A DNA stretch of 64,000 nucleotides from Candidatus Micrarchaeota archaeon. GTDB lineage: Archaea; Micrarchaeota; Micrarchaeia; Anstonellales; Bilamarchaeaceae. Below the pieces are notes generated by a model that ran no database searches, was not told where the DNA came from, and worked only from the letters and a program-made list of their open reading frames with translations. Position 1 is the stretch's first letter, and the number at the start of each line of letters is the position of its first letter. The stretch lies in assembly GCA_038046765.1 (NCBI GenBank), contig JBBSVN010000002.1, forward strand, positions 32,001 through 96,000, written 5' to 3'. Of this stretch, positions 40,296-50,436 are shown one piece after another. A program made the position numbers and the translations under genes.

Positions 40296-40979
40296 TTGGT
40301 AGAAAAGAAAAAAGAACATCAAAAAGAACAACAAGTCAAGAAACAACCTGTCAAGGAAGAAAAAGTAAGTGACAATCCAGAATTTAAGGGTATTGTTAGA
40401 ATTGCAGGAAAAGATGTACGAGGTAATGTCCCTCTTAAACGAGCACTCTTAAGAGTAAGAGGTATTGGTTCAACAACGAGCGTTATTATTTCTAAAATCA
40501 TAAATAATGAACTTAAAATTTCACCAGATAAGTTGTCAGGTGACCTTAAGGATGAAGAAATTGAAAGTATTGATAAGTTACTTTTTAGTATTCATACACA
40601 TAACTTGCCTTCATACTTGATGAATAAACAATCTGATTTTATTGATGGTAGTTCAAAGCATTTTATCATGAACGATCTTTTATTTTCAACTAAACAGGAT
40701 TTAGAGCGTGAAAAAAAACTCTATACCTGGAAGGGTTATAGGCATTCTTACGGACAAAAAGTCCGAGGTCAAAGAACTAGAAATACTGGTAGAACTGGTA
40801 TGGCGGTAGGTGTTCTTAGAAAATCTATTATTGGTGCAGCAGCCGCTGCAGCAGCTCCTAAAGAAGGGGCAGGTGCACCAGCAAAGGCAGCACCAGCATC
40901 AGGAGGTGCGGCAGCACCAAAGGCAGCACCAGCCGCAAAGGCAGCAGCACCAGCAGCAAAACCAGCTGAAAAGAAGTAA
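40296..40979 (+). CDS. rps13: 30S ribosomal protein uS13, probable TTG start, Ala/Pro/Lys tail
   Basis: IVRIAGKD, WKGYRHSYGQKVRGQRTRNTGR. Confidence 0.95.
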   Translation: MVEKKKEHQKEQQVKKQPVKEEKVSDNPEFKGIVRIAGKDVRGNVPLKRALLRVRGIGSTTSVIISKIINNELKISPDKLSGDLKDEEIESIDKLLFSIHTHNLPSYLMNKQSDFIDGSSKHFIMNDLLFSTKQDLEREKKLYTWKGYRHSYGQKVRGQRTRNTGRTGMAVGVLRKSIIGAAAAAAAPKEGAGAPAKAAPASGGAAAPKAAPAAKAAAPAAKPAEKK

Positions 40980-41006
40980 TATTAATTCAAACCAAGGTGT
41001 TTATTG

Positions 41007-41555
41007 ATGGGAGATCCACCAAAATTGAGAAACAAATATGAAAAACCAAAGATGTTATGGGATAAAGATAGGCTTGATGAAGAAAAAACCTATAAACGAG
41101 ATTATGGTCTTAAAAACATGCGAGAACTTTGGATATGTGTCGCGCTATTAAAGAAATATCGAAGAGAAGCAAGAAGGTTGCTATCTGTAAGCGATGAAAT
41201 TCGTACTAAAGACCAGGTAAAAATACTATCTAAAGTTGCAAGACTTGGAATACTTAAGGATGGCGCAACTCTAGATGATATTCTTTCATTAAGTGTAAAA
41301 GATGTTCTTGAAAGACGATTACAAACTATTGTAAAAAGACAAGGTCTTGCGAAATCTATGGCACAAAGTAGACAATTAGTGTCCCATGGTTTTATATCTG
41401 TAAAAGGGAGGAAAGTAACCTCTCCTAGTTACATCGTAACTATTGATGATGAAAAAATGCTCGGCTATGCAAAAGAAATCGATTTGGAGGCAAAGCCGAC
41501 CACAGAAACAACTAAAGTTGACCAAACAACTGCGGCAGTAGCCAAAGGTGAATAA
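41007..41555 (+). CDS. rps4: 30S ribosomal protein uS4
   Basis: MGDP, YGLKNMRELW, LERRLQT, RQLVSHG. Confidence 0.96.
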   Translation: MGDPPKLRNKYEKPKMLWDKDRLDEEKTYKRDYGLKNMRELWICVALLKKYRREARRLLSVSDEIRTKDQVKILSKVARLGILKDGATLDDILSLSVKDVLERRLQTIVKRQGLAKSMAQSRQLVSHGFISVKGRKVTSPSYIVTIDDEKMLGYAKEIDLEAKPTTETTKVDQTTAAVAKGE

Positions 41556-42149
41556 ATGGCAGAAGTAAAAGAAAAGAAAGAACACAAGGAAGTTTCAAAG
41601 AATACTACGAAAGATACTAAAGAAAATCATAAAGAGACAAAGGTTAAAGAAACTGTTAAAGAAACTCCGAAAGAGGCTCCAAAAGAAGCTCCAGCAGAAG
41701 TATCGAAGGAATCTGCTACGCAAGTTGCTGCAGTATCTGCTCCAAAAATCGAACCTCCAAAAAGAAAATCCCGATATGCAGTTTTACATGTCTTTTCTTC
41801 TAAAAATGATACTATTATTACTGCTACTGATGTTAGCGGTGCCGAAACACTCGCATGGGCAAGTGGTGGTATGGTAGTTAAGGCAGATCGAGAAGAAGGT
41901 AAACCATATGCTGCAATGCAGGCTGCATTAAAAGTTGTTGGTAATTTAAAAGATAAGGGTGTAACTCATGTTCATATCCGAATTCGAGCTCCCGGTGGTT
42001 CAGGAATAAAAACTCCTGGTTCGGGTGCGCAATCTGTTGTAAGAACTATTGCAAGAAGCGGTATTCGAGTTGCAAGAATAGAAGATGTAACTCCACTTCC
42101 AACTGATTCAATGAAAAGAAAAGGTGGACGAAGAGGAAGACGAGTCTAG
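41556..42149 (+). CDS. rps11: 30S ribosomal protein uS11 with charged N-terminal extension
   Basis: [34 protein letters not shown]. Confidence 0.96.
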   Translation: MAEVKEKKEHKEVSKNTTKDTKENHKETKVKETVKETPKEAPKEAPAEVSKESATQVAAVSAPKIEPPKRKSRYAVLHVFSSKNDTIITATDVSGAETLAWASGGMVVKADREEGKPYAAMQAALKVVGNLKDKGVTHVHIRIRAPGGSGIKTPGSGAQSVVRTIARSGIRVARIEDVTPLPTDSMKRKGGRRGRRV

Positions 42150-42160
42150 GTGCTATTTTC

Positions 42161-42739
42161 ATGAAGGTTGATTTTGAAAAAGAACAAGCAAATCGGATAC
42201 AATTTTCACTAGTTGGTGTTAGTCCAACCTTTGCAAACGCAATTAGGCGATACGGTATGATGCGTATTCCAGTAATGGCAATTGATAACATCACCATCTA
42301 TGAAAATACCTCCTCTATGTTTGATGAGTACTTAGCACAGCGGATTGGTTTAATTCCTCTTGTTACGCCTGCTAAAATTCCTGCAGAATCTGAAGCAGTT
42401 TTTATTCTTGATGAAGTTGGTCCAAAATTAACAACTTCAAAAGATTTAAAAAGTAGCGACAGCGAAATTGTTCCAGCTCGTGAAAATGTTACAATAATTA
42501 CTCTTGGCGAAAAACAAAAATTAAAACTAGAAGCAAAAGCCAAGCTTAATATTGGAGCAACACATGCTAAATATCAATCAGGAATTTTAAGCTACGAAAT
42601 TGTTGGTGATGATAAATTCATTTTCAAAGTTGAAAGTCTTTATCATATGCCTACAAGAGAGATTGTAATGCGGGCATGCGACTTAATTGAAGACGATATA
42701 ACTACTATCGTTAAGGAGTTGAAGAAAGTTGTTAAGTAA
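42161..42739 (+). CDS. rpoD: RNA polymerase subunit D (Rpo3), short form
   Basis: FANAIRR, ENTSSMFDEYLAQRIGLIPL, HAKYQ. Confidence 0.93.
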   Translation: MKVDFEKEQANRIQFSLVGVSPTFANAIRRYGMMRIPVMAIDNITIYENTSSMFDEYLAQRIGLIPLVTPAKIPAESEAVFILDEVGPKLTTSKDLKSSDSEIVPARENVTIITLGEKQKLKLEAKAKLNIGATHAKYQSGILSYEIVGDDKFIFKVESLYHMPTREIVMRACDLIEDDITTIVKELKKVVK

Positions 42740-42806
42740 TTTCTTTTTTTATATTCTCTAATTCAAATATATATGCTTTTTAAACTTTCTTAGTTCTTTA
42801 ATAATT

Positions 42807-43133
42807 ATGGTTAGTGCATTAAAGAAACAGCAAGAAGATAAAAATTTATTCACTACGTTTAGAGTTGGAGATCGCGAGAACGGGGATCTTATTTTTGTAA
42901 GTGGAGACGTTAACAGAAACGATCTACTAAGAAGTATTAGAAATCCCGCATCTCGAGATAAGGTCATTAATAATATGATTAAATTAAATGGATCAGACCT
43001 ATCGCTCCAAGTTATCCATTATTTAGACATGATGGGTGGATATGCAATAATTGTCCGAGAAAAATTAGGTCAAAAATCTCCCGATATGCTTGCTGCAGTT
43101 CCAAAGAAAATTAAGAAAGAAAGGAAGAGCTAA
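42807..43133 (+). CDS. Hypothetical protein
   Basis: 108 aa ORF downstream of a TTTTAAA box; no family recognised. Confidence 0.5.
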   Translation: MVSALKKQQEDKNLFTTFRVGDRENGDLIFVSGDVNRNDLLRSIRNPASRDKVINNMIKLNGSDLSLQVIHYLDMMGGYAIIVREKLGQKSPDMLAAVPKKIKKERKS

Positions 43134-43168
43134 AAGCTACCAGCCAAATGCCACTAGCTAAAGGCTAA
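43129..43168. repeat. 7-bp-period GCYAnnn array (6 units)
   Basis: GCTA/GCCA at 43129, 43136, 43143, 43150, 43157, 43164. Confidence 0.8.
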
Positions 43169-43171
43169 TAA

Positions 43172-44269
43172 CTACGGTAACCATTTCTTTTTCTTAATCT
43201 TGTCATTAATATATTCTCCAACGAACGTTAACCTTTCTCCTTGTAACGCATCTTGTTCAATCTTTTTCTTAGTTGATAAAACCTGTTTTAGGTTACTTAC
43301 CCATTCTTTATGTACGTTTATCCAAGGATAACTAAGCATTTCTTCAGCTCGTTTTACGTCTACATCCTTTGCTTTAATAGTTAATTTTTGTAAAAATTCA
43401 AATTCTTGAATATCATCCATAGTAACTCCTAAAAACTTAGCTTCAGGAACTGCAAAATCACGACCTAAATAAGCTAGGTTCATACTTCCGGTTTTAATTG
43501 TCCAGTATATATACCATCCCCAGGCATCACAGTCCATAAGTGTATAGACTGGTAATTTTTTATCAGCTAGTTTTCTAAGTAATCGCCTGGTTCCACGTGA
43601 TGCTTGCCCCTTTGGTGTAACTAGAATACAGTTTTCTTTTTTCCAGAATTTATCTTCGTTTAATCTCTGCCAAAGTGCATCTTTTTCAACTACTAGAACG
43701 TAATCTGCTTCTAAGTTTTCAATAGACATTCCATTATCTACATCGCTTGGGATCATCCATCCGCTTCGACCTTGTTTACTTAAATCAATGACATTTTCTT
43801 CGCCTCCAAATTTATCACGAATAGTCATTGCGCCAGCAACTACCCCTTTTCGGTCTGTTGTTAAGTGCATATCCTCTCGTTTTATCCCTAAGCCAACTTC
43901 TAAATCCTCAACAAGCGCATTCGATTCGCTTTGTTCGTTAAATAAATCTTCATCTAAATCTTCTCCAAGTGTAAACTTAAGCTGGTAAAATAAACCTCTG
44001 ATACTTGTGTGTAATCCCTCATCAATAAATTTTTTGGTTTTTGTTGCGATTGCGACAGTTTGCATAAAAGTTCTTGCCTGTGCAACACTTAGGAATCTCC
44101 TTATTTCCTGTCTGTTGCCTAGTCTAAGGCATCCGACACTTTCATCATAAATCGTATTCGCTTTTGATCGTACTACTGTTTCAAAAGTAGGGGTATTATC
44201 AGCTTTTATTTCACCTACCATCTTTTTTCCCATATCTTCTAATTTTTTTACTGCGATCTTATCAGTCAT
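43172..44269 (-). CDS. top6A: DNA topoisomerase VI subunit A
   Basis: SIRGLFY, VVEKDA, KGQASR, DCDAWG, KIEQDAL. Confidence 0.96.
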   Translation of the reverse strand: MTDKIAVKKLEDMGKKMVGEIKADNTPTFETVVRSKANTIYDESVGCLRLGNRQEIRRFLSVAQARTFMQTVAIATKTKKFIDEGLHTSIRGLFYQLKFTLGEDLDEDLFNEQSESNALVEDLEVGLGIKREDMHLTTDRKGVVAGAMTIRDKFGGEENVIDLSKQGRSGWMIPSDVDNGMSIENLEADYVLVVEKDALWQRLNEDKFWKKENCILVTPKGQASRGTRRLLRKLADKKLPVYTLMDCDAWGWYIYWTIKTGSMNLAYLGRDFAVPEAKFLGVTMDDIQEFEFLQKLTIKAKDVDVKRAEEMLSYPWINVHKEWVSNLKQVLSTKKKIEQDALQGERLTFVGEYINDKIKKKKWLP

Positions 44270-44295
44270 AAATATTCACCAGTGATTGGCAATAA

Positions 44296-45939
44296 TTATT
44301 CACCATCAGTTTCCTCTTCTTTTCCCTCATTCTTTTTCTCTTCTGTTTTCTCCTCTTTTTTGCCTTCGGTTTTAGGTTCGTCCTTTTCAATTAATGAATA
44401 TTTTTCAACAACAATTCTCATAAGCTGTTTCTTTAATTCTTCTTTTGCGTCCTTACCTTTTGCGCTAGTTAATTCAGTTAAATCCTTTGAAATCTGTTCG
44501 ACATATCGCGAAATTGCTTTCTTCTTGCTTTCCATTTCATGTACTCTTCTTTTTCCGCTAATATGTTTTTGAATACCGCGCGCAGCTTCCATTATCGCAT
44601 TTCTTATTTCATCCATTACATCTTCTTCAGTGGAAATTGCCTGCTTTCCAGCACCAGTATATGGGACGTGGACGCTAACTAAGTTCACAAGTACTGCAAT
44701 AGGTTCGTCTTCAAATGCCTTTAAGTCGTATCGTCCCCAGTCTATGTTTCTTATCGATTCGGTTATTGCACATCCGCCTCCATCAAAAAGTAACGGGACT
44801 CGGTTTGCAAATCTCATCGTTTCTCCTTTTTTGCCGGCTTCGGCTACTCCGCCACCATATGCAATCGCGGATTCAACCATGAACGGTACTCCTCCCTTAT
44901 AAATTTTAGGAGACCTTTCTGCCACTACCAAAAATTCCGGATTAAATATATTCATGAAAGATTTTTGAATTTGTTCTGCGCCTATCGGGACAATCGAATC
45001 TGTTTCAGGAGCGATCCACTTTACTTTTTTAAATGACTGAACAATCTGTTCCGCATCCTCCCAGCTCATATCGTCCGGGTCTTTTTCAAAGTTTACTGTT
45101 GGAACCAGTGTTGATAGTTCGTTAACCTTATTTGCACTTACCCTGGTTAAACAGTTTTGTAAAAATGAGCCTATTTTTTTGTATTCCCGTTGCGATTTTG
45201 CCAAATCAAGTAAATCATGGGCTCCAATTCCAAGTGGATGTGGTTTTATTTCTTTTGGTCGTGGCGGATTCGCTTCTATTGATCTAGGGAAAACTACTGT
45301 TTCCCCGTTAGGTTCAGTCAGAATTATTTTTGTATGTGGGTTAGCTAAAGCAGTCCGTCTTAAATATTCATAAACACCATGGTTGCTCCTTTCATATTTT
45401 ACATCCTTAAATTCTGCTTCATAAGAAAGACCTGTTTTTTCTAAGCAATCTTCTTCAACCAAATTAATCAGGTCAGCGTGATTAGTTTTAAAATCAATTC
45501 CTATCTCGCAGGATATTTTTTTTCCTTTATAATAGGAAATTGCTCTTGGGTGTTTTCCTGTTGTAAGTAAAGAGTACATTGTACAACCAGCTGCACCAAT
45601 TCCCTGTTGACCTCTTTGCTGTACATATCTATGGAATTTAGTTCCTGCTAACATTTGTCCAAGTGCTTTACCTAAATGTGTCTTTGGGATACCTGGCCCG
45701 TTATCCTCAACAGTTAAGCCATAATGATCTTCAGATAATTCCTTAACTCGAACTTGTATTTCTGGAAGTACTCCTGCTTCTTCACAAGCGTCTAAACTGT
45801 TTGAAACTAATTCGTGAACGACTGTTGTAAGGCTTCTTACCTTGCCGCTAAATCCTAGCATTTGTTTATTCTTTTTAAAGAATTCAGCTACGCTATGCTC
45901 CTTAAAGTTGGAAAATATCTTATCGTGTCCGTCTGCCAT
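44296..45939 (-). CDS. top6B: DNA topoisomerase VI subunit B
   Basis: ELVSNSLDA, VEDNGPGI, RGQQGIG, RFANRVPL. Confidence 0.97.
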   Translation of the reverse strand: MADGHDKIFSNFKEHSVAEFFKKNKQMLGFSGKVRSLTTVVHELVSNSLDACEEAGVLPEIQVRVKELSEDHYGLTVEDNGPGIPKTHLGKALGQMLAGTKFHRYVQQRGQQGIGAAGCTMYSLLTTGKHPRAISYYKGKKISCEIGIDFKTNHADLINLVEEDCLEKTGLSYEAEFKDVKYERSNHGVYEYLRRTALANPHTKIILTEPNGETVVFPRSIEANPPRPKEIKPHPLGIGAHDLLDLAKSQREYKKIGSFLQNCLTRVSANKVNELSTLVPTVNFEKDPDDMSWEDAEQIVQSFKKVKWIAPETDSIVPIGAEQIQKSFMNIFNPEFLVVAERSPKIYKGGVPFMVESAIAYGGGVAEAGKKGETMRFANRVPLLFDGGGCAITESIRNIDWGRYDLKAFEDEPIAVLVNLVSVHVPYTGAGKQAISTEEDVMDEIRNAIMEAARGIQKHISGKRRVHEMESKKKAISRYVEQISKDLTELTSAKGKDAKEELKKQLMRIVVEKYSLIEKDEPKTEGKKEEKTEEKKNEGKEEETDGE

Positions 45940-45963
45940 AATTATCACTAGTTAATATTTTAT

Positions 45964-46050
45964 TAGCCTGTAGTCGGTAGCAAGTGGTACATAGCCAAGA
46001 CGAATTTAATTTTCGTTGCTACTTGCTAAATCGCTAAAAGCTACTTGCTA
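45964..46050. repeat. Inverted pair of TAGCnnn heptamer arrays
   Basis: TRGY units every 7 bp from 45964 to 45992; GCTA units 46018-46047. Confidence 0.75.
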
Positions 46051-46140
46051 AATTTTAATAAATGTGGATGACTAAAGTAGTTTAAAAGTAAAATCATTTA
46101 AATGTGATTGAAACAAAAGCGACAATTTGAGAACTTAAAC

Positions 46141-47280
46141 TCATGGACTTATTAAGACGCTATAATTATTTGAAGGAGGAGTTTGTTCGACAAAAAGAAC
46201 TATCTCTTTATCATCGTTAGGATATATCGAAATCGTTATGCTCGCGTTATTACAATCAAAATAATCATAAAAATCAAAGTTAAGCTGTTTATTCGCCTTA
46301 AAATCATAACCTGCGAGAATAAGATCGTCTTCGCCGTTTTGCTTTAGATAAACTAATTTATCCTCCGTTGTGAATGCGTATGCTTGGGTTATACCCGCTA
46401 AATTCCAAAATGTTTTGACTAAAGTTAAATCCTCTGTAGAATAAATATCTAACATGTATCCTTCCTTTATATTTTCAAGATGGCCAACTGCAGCAAAATT
46501 ATTTCCTAGTTCTATTTGCCCAATTTCTATATTAGATTTAAATGACTTTCTTAACTGATCTTTGGTTCTTACAAGATCTATCCCAAATCCATCAAATGAC
46601 TCTGTAACAAATGCGTTTGGTGAAAATGGTCTAAAAGAACTAGCTAACGCGGGAGAGTTAAATCCAATAAGTTTTGTACTTTTATTTGTTACATCATAAG
46701 CGAATACGTCAAATAATGGATATTTTTCGCTTGGAGGGATGAAAATTACCTGTCCATTTGCGATGTTTGCCTGAAATCCAGGTATGTTCGTATCTTCAAT
46801 CTGGTCGGAATTTAAATCGAGTATCTGCATATTCGTTGGTTTTCCGGTTTCGCAAGTTTTGTAATCTAATACTTGTGGCAGAGCGCTAATTGCAATTTTT
46901 GTCTGGGATATTATTGATGTCGCAATCTCCCCCTCGATTAAGAGTTTTCTTTCTGTATCGTTTAAATTGCTCTTATAAAGCTGTGAAAATACGTGTGTTT
47001 CTCCATCTAAATCTATACAATTTTTTAGATTCTTTGTATAATATATATTATTTTTAAATCGAAAAACAGGTCCATCATTTTTATTATTTATGGCTGCTTT
47101 GGCTTGGGCTTTAGGTTCACATGTTCCCTCTTTAGTCTTATAAATAGTATTTTGGTTTTCATCGCAAGCAAAATTTGAACTAGATAATAATGGCGCGAGT
47201 GCAAAAAAGACAGAAGAAATAATTGCTGATTTAAGTGTTTCGCGCATGCGACAAATCAGCGTTTTTTTAGCTGTGTGCAT
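46141..47280 (-). CDS. Exported orphan protein, beta-propeller-like
   Basis: Signal-like hydrophobic segment; repeated xYDxxxK blade-like motifs. Confidence 0.5.
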   Translation of the reverse strand: MHTAKKTLICRMRETLKSAIISSVFFALAPLLSSSNFACDENQNTIYKTKEGTCEPKAQAKAAINNKNDGPVFRFKNNIYYTKNLKNCIDLDGETHVFSQLYKSNLNDTERKLLIEGEIATSIISQTKIAISALPQVLDYKTCETGKPTNMQILDLNSDQIEDTNIPGFQANIANGQVIFIPPSEKYPLFDVFAYDVTNKSTKLIGFNSPALASSFRPFSPNAFVTESFDGFGIDLVRTKDQLRKSFKSNIEIGQIELGNNFAAVGHLENIKEGYMLDIYSTEDLTLVKTFWNLAGITQAYAFTTEDKLVYLKQNGEDDLILAGYDFKANKQLNFDFYDYFDCNNASITISIYPNDDKEIVLFVEQTPPSNNYSVLISP

Positions 47281-47354
47281 GATATATGTTGCTTAAGCTC
47301 AAGTTTAAAGTACCTTGTCCCATCGTTGTTTTTGCTATCTCAAAATCTATTTTT

Positions 47355-47876
47355 TTACCCAAGCAGTCTTTCACCTATAATTTTTCTTCGTATTTTTGAT
47401 AAATACTCAAACACTGCTATGTGCGTTGAACCAGTTAATATCATGTCTACTGCCTGCTTAGCATATTCCATGGTATCTATTTTGGCAATTATCCCTACTG
47501 TGTTACCATATATGCTTAGTCTAGACTCAGTTGCGCTTTCTATTTCAAGTTTTACTTTGCCTTCCTCACCAATGACCCTTGATTTTAATCGGGTTATTCC
47601 TTTCTCATTTCTTGAATAATCCTTCAAGGAAATTAAATAAAACTGGCAGTCGTTTTTAATTATTCTTAAGGCATCCCTAACTCCGAATCCTCTTCCAATT
47701 GCTTTTACAACATCTTTTGCAAAATAGATATCTGCCACTTCCCCGCTTATCTCTACTTCGCCTTCCTGACTTATTTCCAGTTTTACATTACAAACTTTTT
47801 CAACTTCATCTTTTGCTTCGTGGTTTGTACCAATTAAACTGGATATTCTTTCTAAGGGTATTTTTACTATTTCCAT
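47355..47876 (-). CDS. dim2: KH-domain pre-rRNA processing protein Dim2/PNO1
   Basis: VKAIGRGF, RVIGEEGK, GSTHIAVF. Confidence 0.92.
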   Translation of the reverse strand: MEIVKIPLERISSLIGTNHEAKDEVEKVCNVKLEISQEGEVEISGEVADIYFAKDVVKAIGRGFGVRDALRIIKNDCQFYLISLKDYSRNEKGITRLKSRVIGEEGKVKLEIESATESRLSIYGNTVGIIAKIDTMEYAKQAVDMILTGSTHIAVFEYLSKIRRKIIGERLLG

Positions 47877-47889
47877 AATTACAACCTTT

Positions 47890-48789
47890 TTATTTAGAGT
47901 ATCTTAGACGTTTGACTCCCTGTACACTCTCTTTTAATTTTGCTACCTGTTTTTTGAGGGCTTTACTTTCCATACTTTTATTGCCAATTATTTTATCAAA
48001 TGCTTTTCTTACATCTTCATCTGTTTCTAATTGGATTTGTCTTTTTACTGCTTCAACTACGGTACCATCTTGGGTATATTCCTTTAGTATGTACGCAATT
48101 AATCTTCTTGTCTCCACATCCCAGTGCGAGAGAAGTTGCAATATTAAATTCTTGGCGTCTAGGTCAGAATCATTTACAAGCATTGCTAGGCATAATATCG
48201 CATTATGTTGGTTTTGCTCAATATCATTTCTTGCAATAATCATTAGTTCTTTCTTTAGTTTCTTGATAATTGAAATATTTTTTATTTCTATCAGGTATGC
48301 CAGTATTGCAGACATTGCCGTATTATCCCTTATCATTTGTGAAAAATTGGATTCAATTATGTTCGCGTATTTTTCATGGCTTTCAAGTCTTTTTAGTGCA
48401 ATTCCAATTGATTTTATTGGTTTATTTTTCATGCTATAACTTTCAATTATAAAATATGCAAAAAGCTCTTCCCATGATTGGTCTAGTATCAGCATCAAAG
48501 TATACATTGCTATAAAATTTTTAGATAATCCATAATAAGATTTTTCTTCCTTAGCCAGTTCACTTAAGGCAATTCTTATAATCGAATTCTGGTGATTATC
48601 TAAGGATGTAATATATTGTGCATTAACTTCACTTTTTGTTGCGTAGCTACCCATTATGCTCCAGAATATGTCTCTGACATTTGCATCGGGGGTAGAAGCA
48701 TATTTTTTAAGGTCTAATTTTTTTGGTTTTGGTGCTTCTTGTACTGGTGTGCTTGAATCATCGTCTCCTCCAAATGCTTGTTCTGCCAT
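47890..48789 (-). CDS. HEAT-repeat hypothetical protein
   Basis: LSHWDVETRRLIA, ETDEDVRKA; ATG at 48789 (the track start lies in a repeat). Confidence 0.6.
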   Translation of the reverse strand: MAEQAFGGDDDSSTPVQEAPKPKKLDLKKYASTPDANVRDIFWSIMGSYATKSEVNAQYITSLDNHQNSIIRIALSELAKEEKSYYGLSKNFIAMYTLMLILDQSWEELFAYFIIESYSMKNKPIKSIGIALKRLESHEKYANIIESNFSQMIRDNTAMSAILAYLIEIKNISIIKKLKKELMIIARNDIEQNQHNAILCLAMLVNDSDLDAKNLILQLLSHWDVETRRLIAYILKEYTQDGTVVEAVKRQIQLETDEDVRKAFDKIIGNKSMESKALKKQVAKLKESVQGVKRLRYSK

Positions 48790-48806
48790 ATTTTCACCAT
48801 TAGCTT

Positions 48807-48888
48807 TGAGCATTGTGCCGTGCGCTAGTGAGCATTAATGCCTTCTTAGTTCGTGGCTCAAAGCGCATTGCCCACTACCCAGTGCTTA
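48807..48888. repeat. Inverted pair of TGnGCnn heptamer arrays
   Basis: TGAGC/TGTGC/TGCGC units face GCTCA/GCGCA/GCCCA units; same family at 12526-12551 and 53002-53027. Confidence 0.7.
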
Positions 48889-49036
48889 AATAAATGTTAT
48901 TATTAGTGTATACATTAAGATGTTTTCTTATATTTAAAGCTTATGTTTTAAGTTCCACTTAACATTTTTGAAGAATTAGTTTATTAATTCAATAAAAATC
49001 ATTAATAAAAAAATTAAAAATAAAAAAAAAATAAAT

Positions 49037-49393
49037 TTATTTCTTAGAAGCCAAGTTGTAAATTGCCTTTAATGCAACTACGACTGCTGCTGGTGCTACA
49101 AATACACCTAGTGCGCTAACTATTCCAGTTATAAAAGGAATTACCATTCCTAATGCTGGAAGAGCTTCTAATCTTGAAAATGGAGCACCTGTTGTCAGTA
49201 ATGCTATTGCTGCAACTAAAAATGCCGTGGTTTCTTTTTCACCTACATTCATTAAGCCTACTACTAAACCTAAGAGTGCGAGTATTCCGTATATTATTGC
49301 GATATAGCCACCTAATGCTGGAGCTGCTAAACCAATAATTACGCTAATTCCTACACCTACTAAAAATGCCCATTCTCCCCATTTTTCATCCAT
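49037..49393 (-). CDS. Small 4-TM membrane protein
   Basis: Almost entirely hydrophobic; GLMNVGEKET motif; AGGTGA SD. Confidence 0.75.
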   Translation of the reverse strand: MDEKWGEWAFLVGVGISVIIGLAAPALGGYIAIIYGILALLGLVVGLMNVGEKETTAFLVAAIALLTTGAPFSRLEALPALGMVIPFITGIVSALGVFVAPAAVVVALKAIYNLASKK

Positions 49394-49624
49394 GCTTAAA
49401 TCACCTAATTTTTTTATTATAATTTTGCTTTTGTATTAGAGGATATTACAAAGAAAACTGGGCGTATATTTATAAATGTATCTTTTAGCGACTTCGTCGT
49501 TAGCCATATGCTGATTCTAGGTATATTTAGGTATAAAATGGTTTAATTGAATAATAAAATTAGAATTGTATTTTAAAAAGTAAAAATAAAAACTAAGAAA
49601 AAGTTAAAAGAAAAAAAAGTTTAA

Positions 49625-50332
49625 TTATTCTTTCTTGGTTTTTTTCTCTTCTTTTTCCTTTAATCCATATTCGTAAAGCAAACCTGCAACTAGTGCACCA
49701 ACAATCGGTCCAACTACGTAGGCTAACTGGTTTACTAAAAAGGTCTGCGTTGCAATTGCTGGTCCAAACCACCTAGCTGGATTCATTGCTGCCCCGCTAA
49801 TTAAGCCCCCAACTAAAATATCAAATGTTAAGACTAATCCGATCGCGATTCCATAAAATCCTGCCGGTGCTTTTTTATCAGTAGAACCAAATACTGCTAG
49901 GGCTAGGAAAAATGTAAGTACACCTTCAACGAGTAATCCAGTAACAAGCGGCATATCGCTATTAAATCCATATACTACCTGTTTTGAAACTGCTCCGCTC
50001 GAAACCTGTAAGAATATCGTGTATACTAAAAATCCCGCTACAATTGCACCAAGTAACTGTGAAATAATATACGCTACTGTAGTTTTCAAATCGATTTTTT
50101 TAGTTGCTGCCATCGCAATCGTAATCGATGGGTTAAAATGAGCTCCGCTTATGTGCGATAATGCATAAATCATAGTCATGAGTACTAAACCATGTGCAAG
50201 TGCAATTCCCACTAATCCAAGTGCGGTTCCATTTGTTGCCAAATTTATAGAAACTGCACTCATTCCAATAAAAACAAGGGCAAAAGTTCCTAAGAATTCC
50301 GCTAAATATTTTCTGTAATCTAAGGTTATCAT
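49625..50332 (-). CDS. MIP family aquaporin
   Basis: AEFLGTF, SGAHFNPS, AMNPARWFGP. Confidence 0.96.
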   Translation of the reverse strand: MITLDYRKYLAEFLGTFALVFIGMSAVSINLATNGTALGLVGIALAHGLVLMTMIYALSHISGAHFNPSITIAMAATKKIDLKTTVAYIISQLLGAIVAGFLVYTIFLQVSSGAVSKQVVYGFNSDMPLVTGLLVEGVLTFFLALAVFGSTDKKAPAGFYGIAIGLVLTFDILVGGLISGAAMNPARWFGPAIATQTFLVNQLAYVVGPIVGALVAGLLYEYGLKEKEEKKTKKE

Positions 50333-50436
50333 AGTAGATCATAGAAAACTAAACATTTTTTAATCGTTATGCTCTAAATTATGTTTAACAATTATTAATT
50401 ATTATTTTAGTTTAATACTAAATAGGTGAAAATAAC

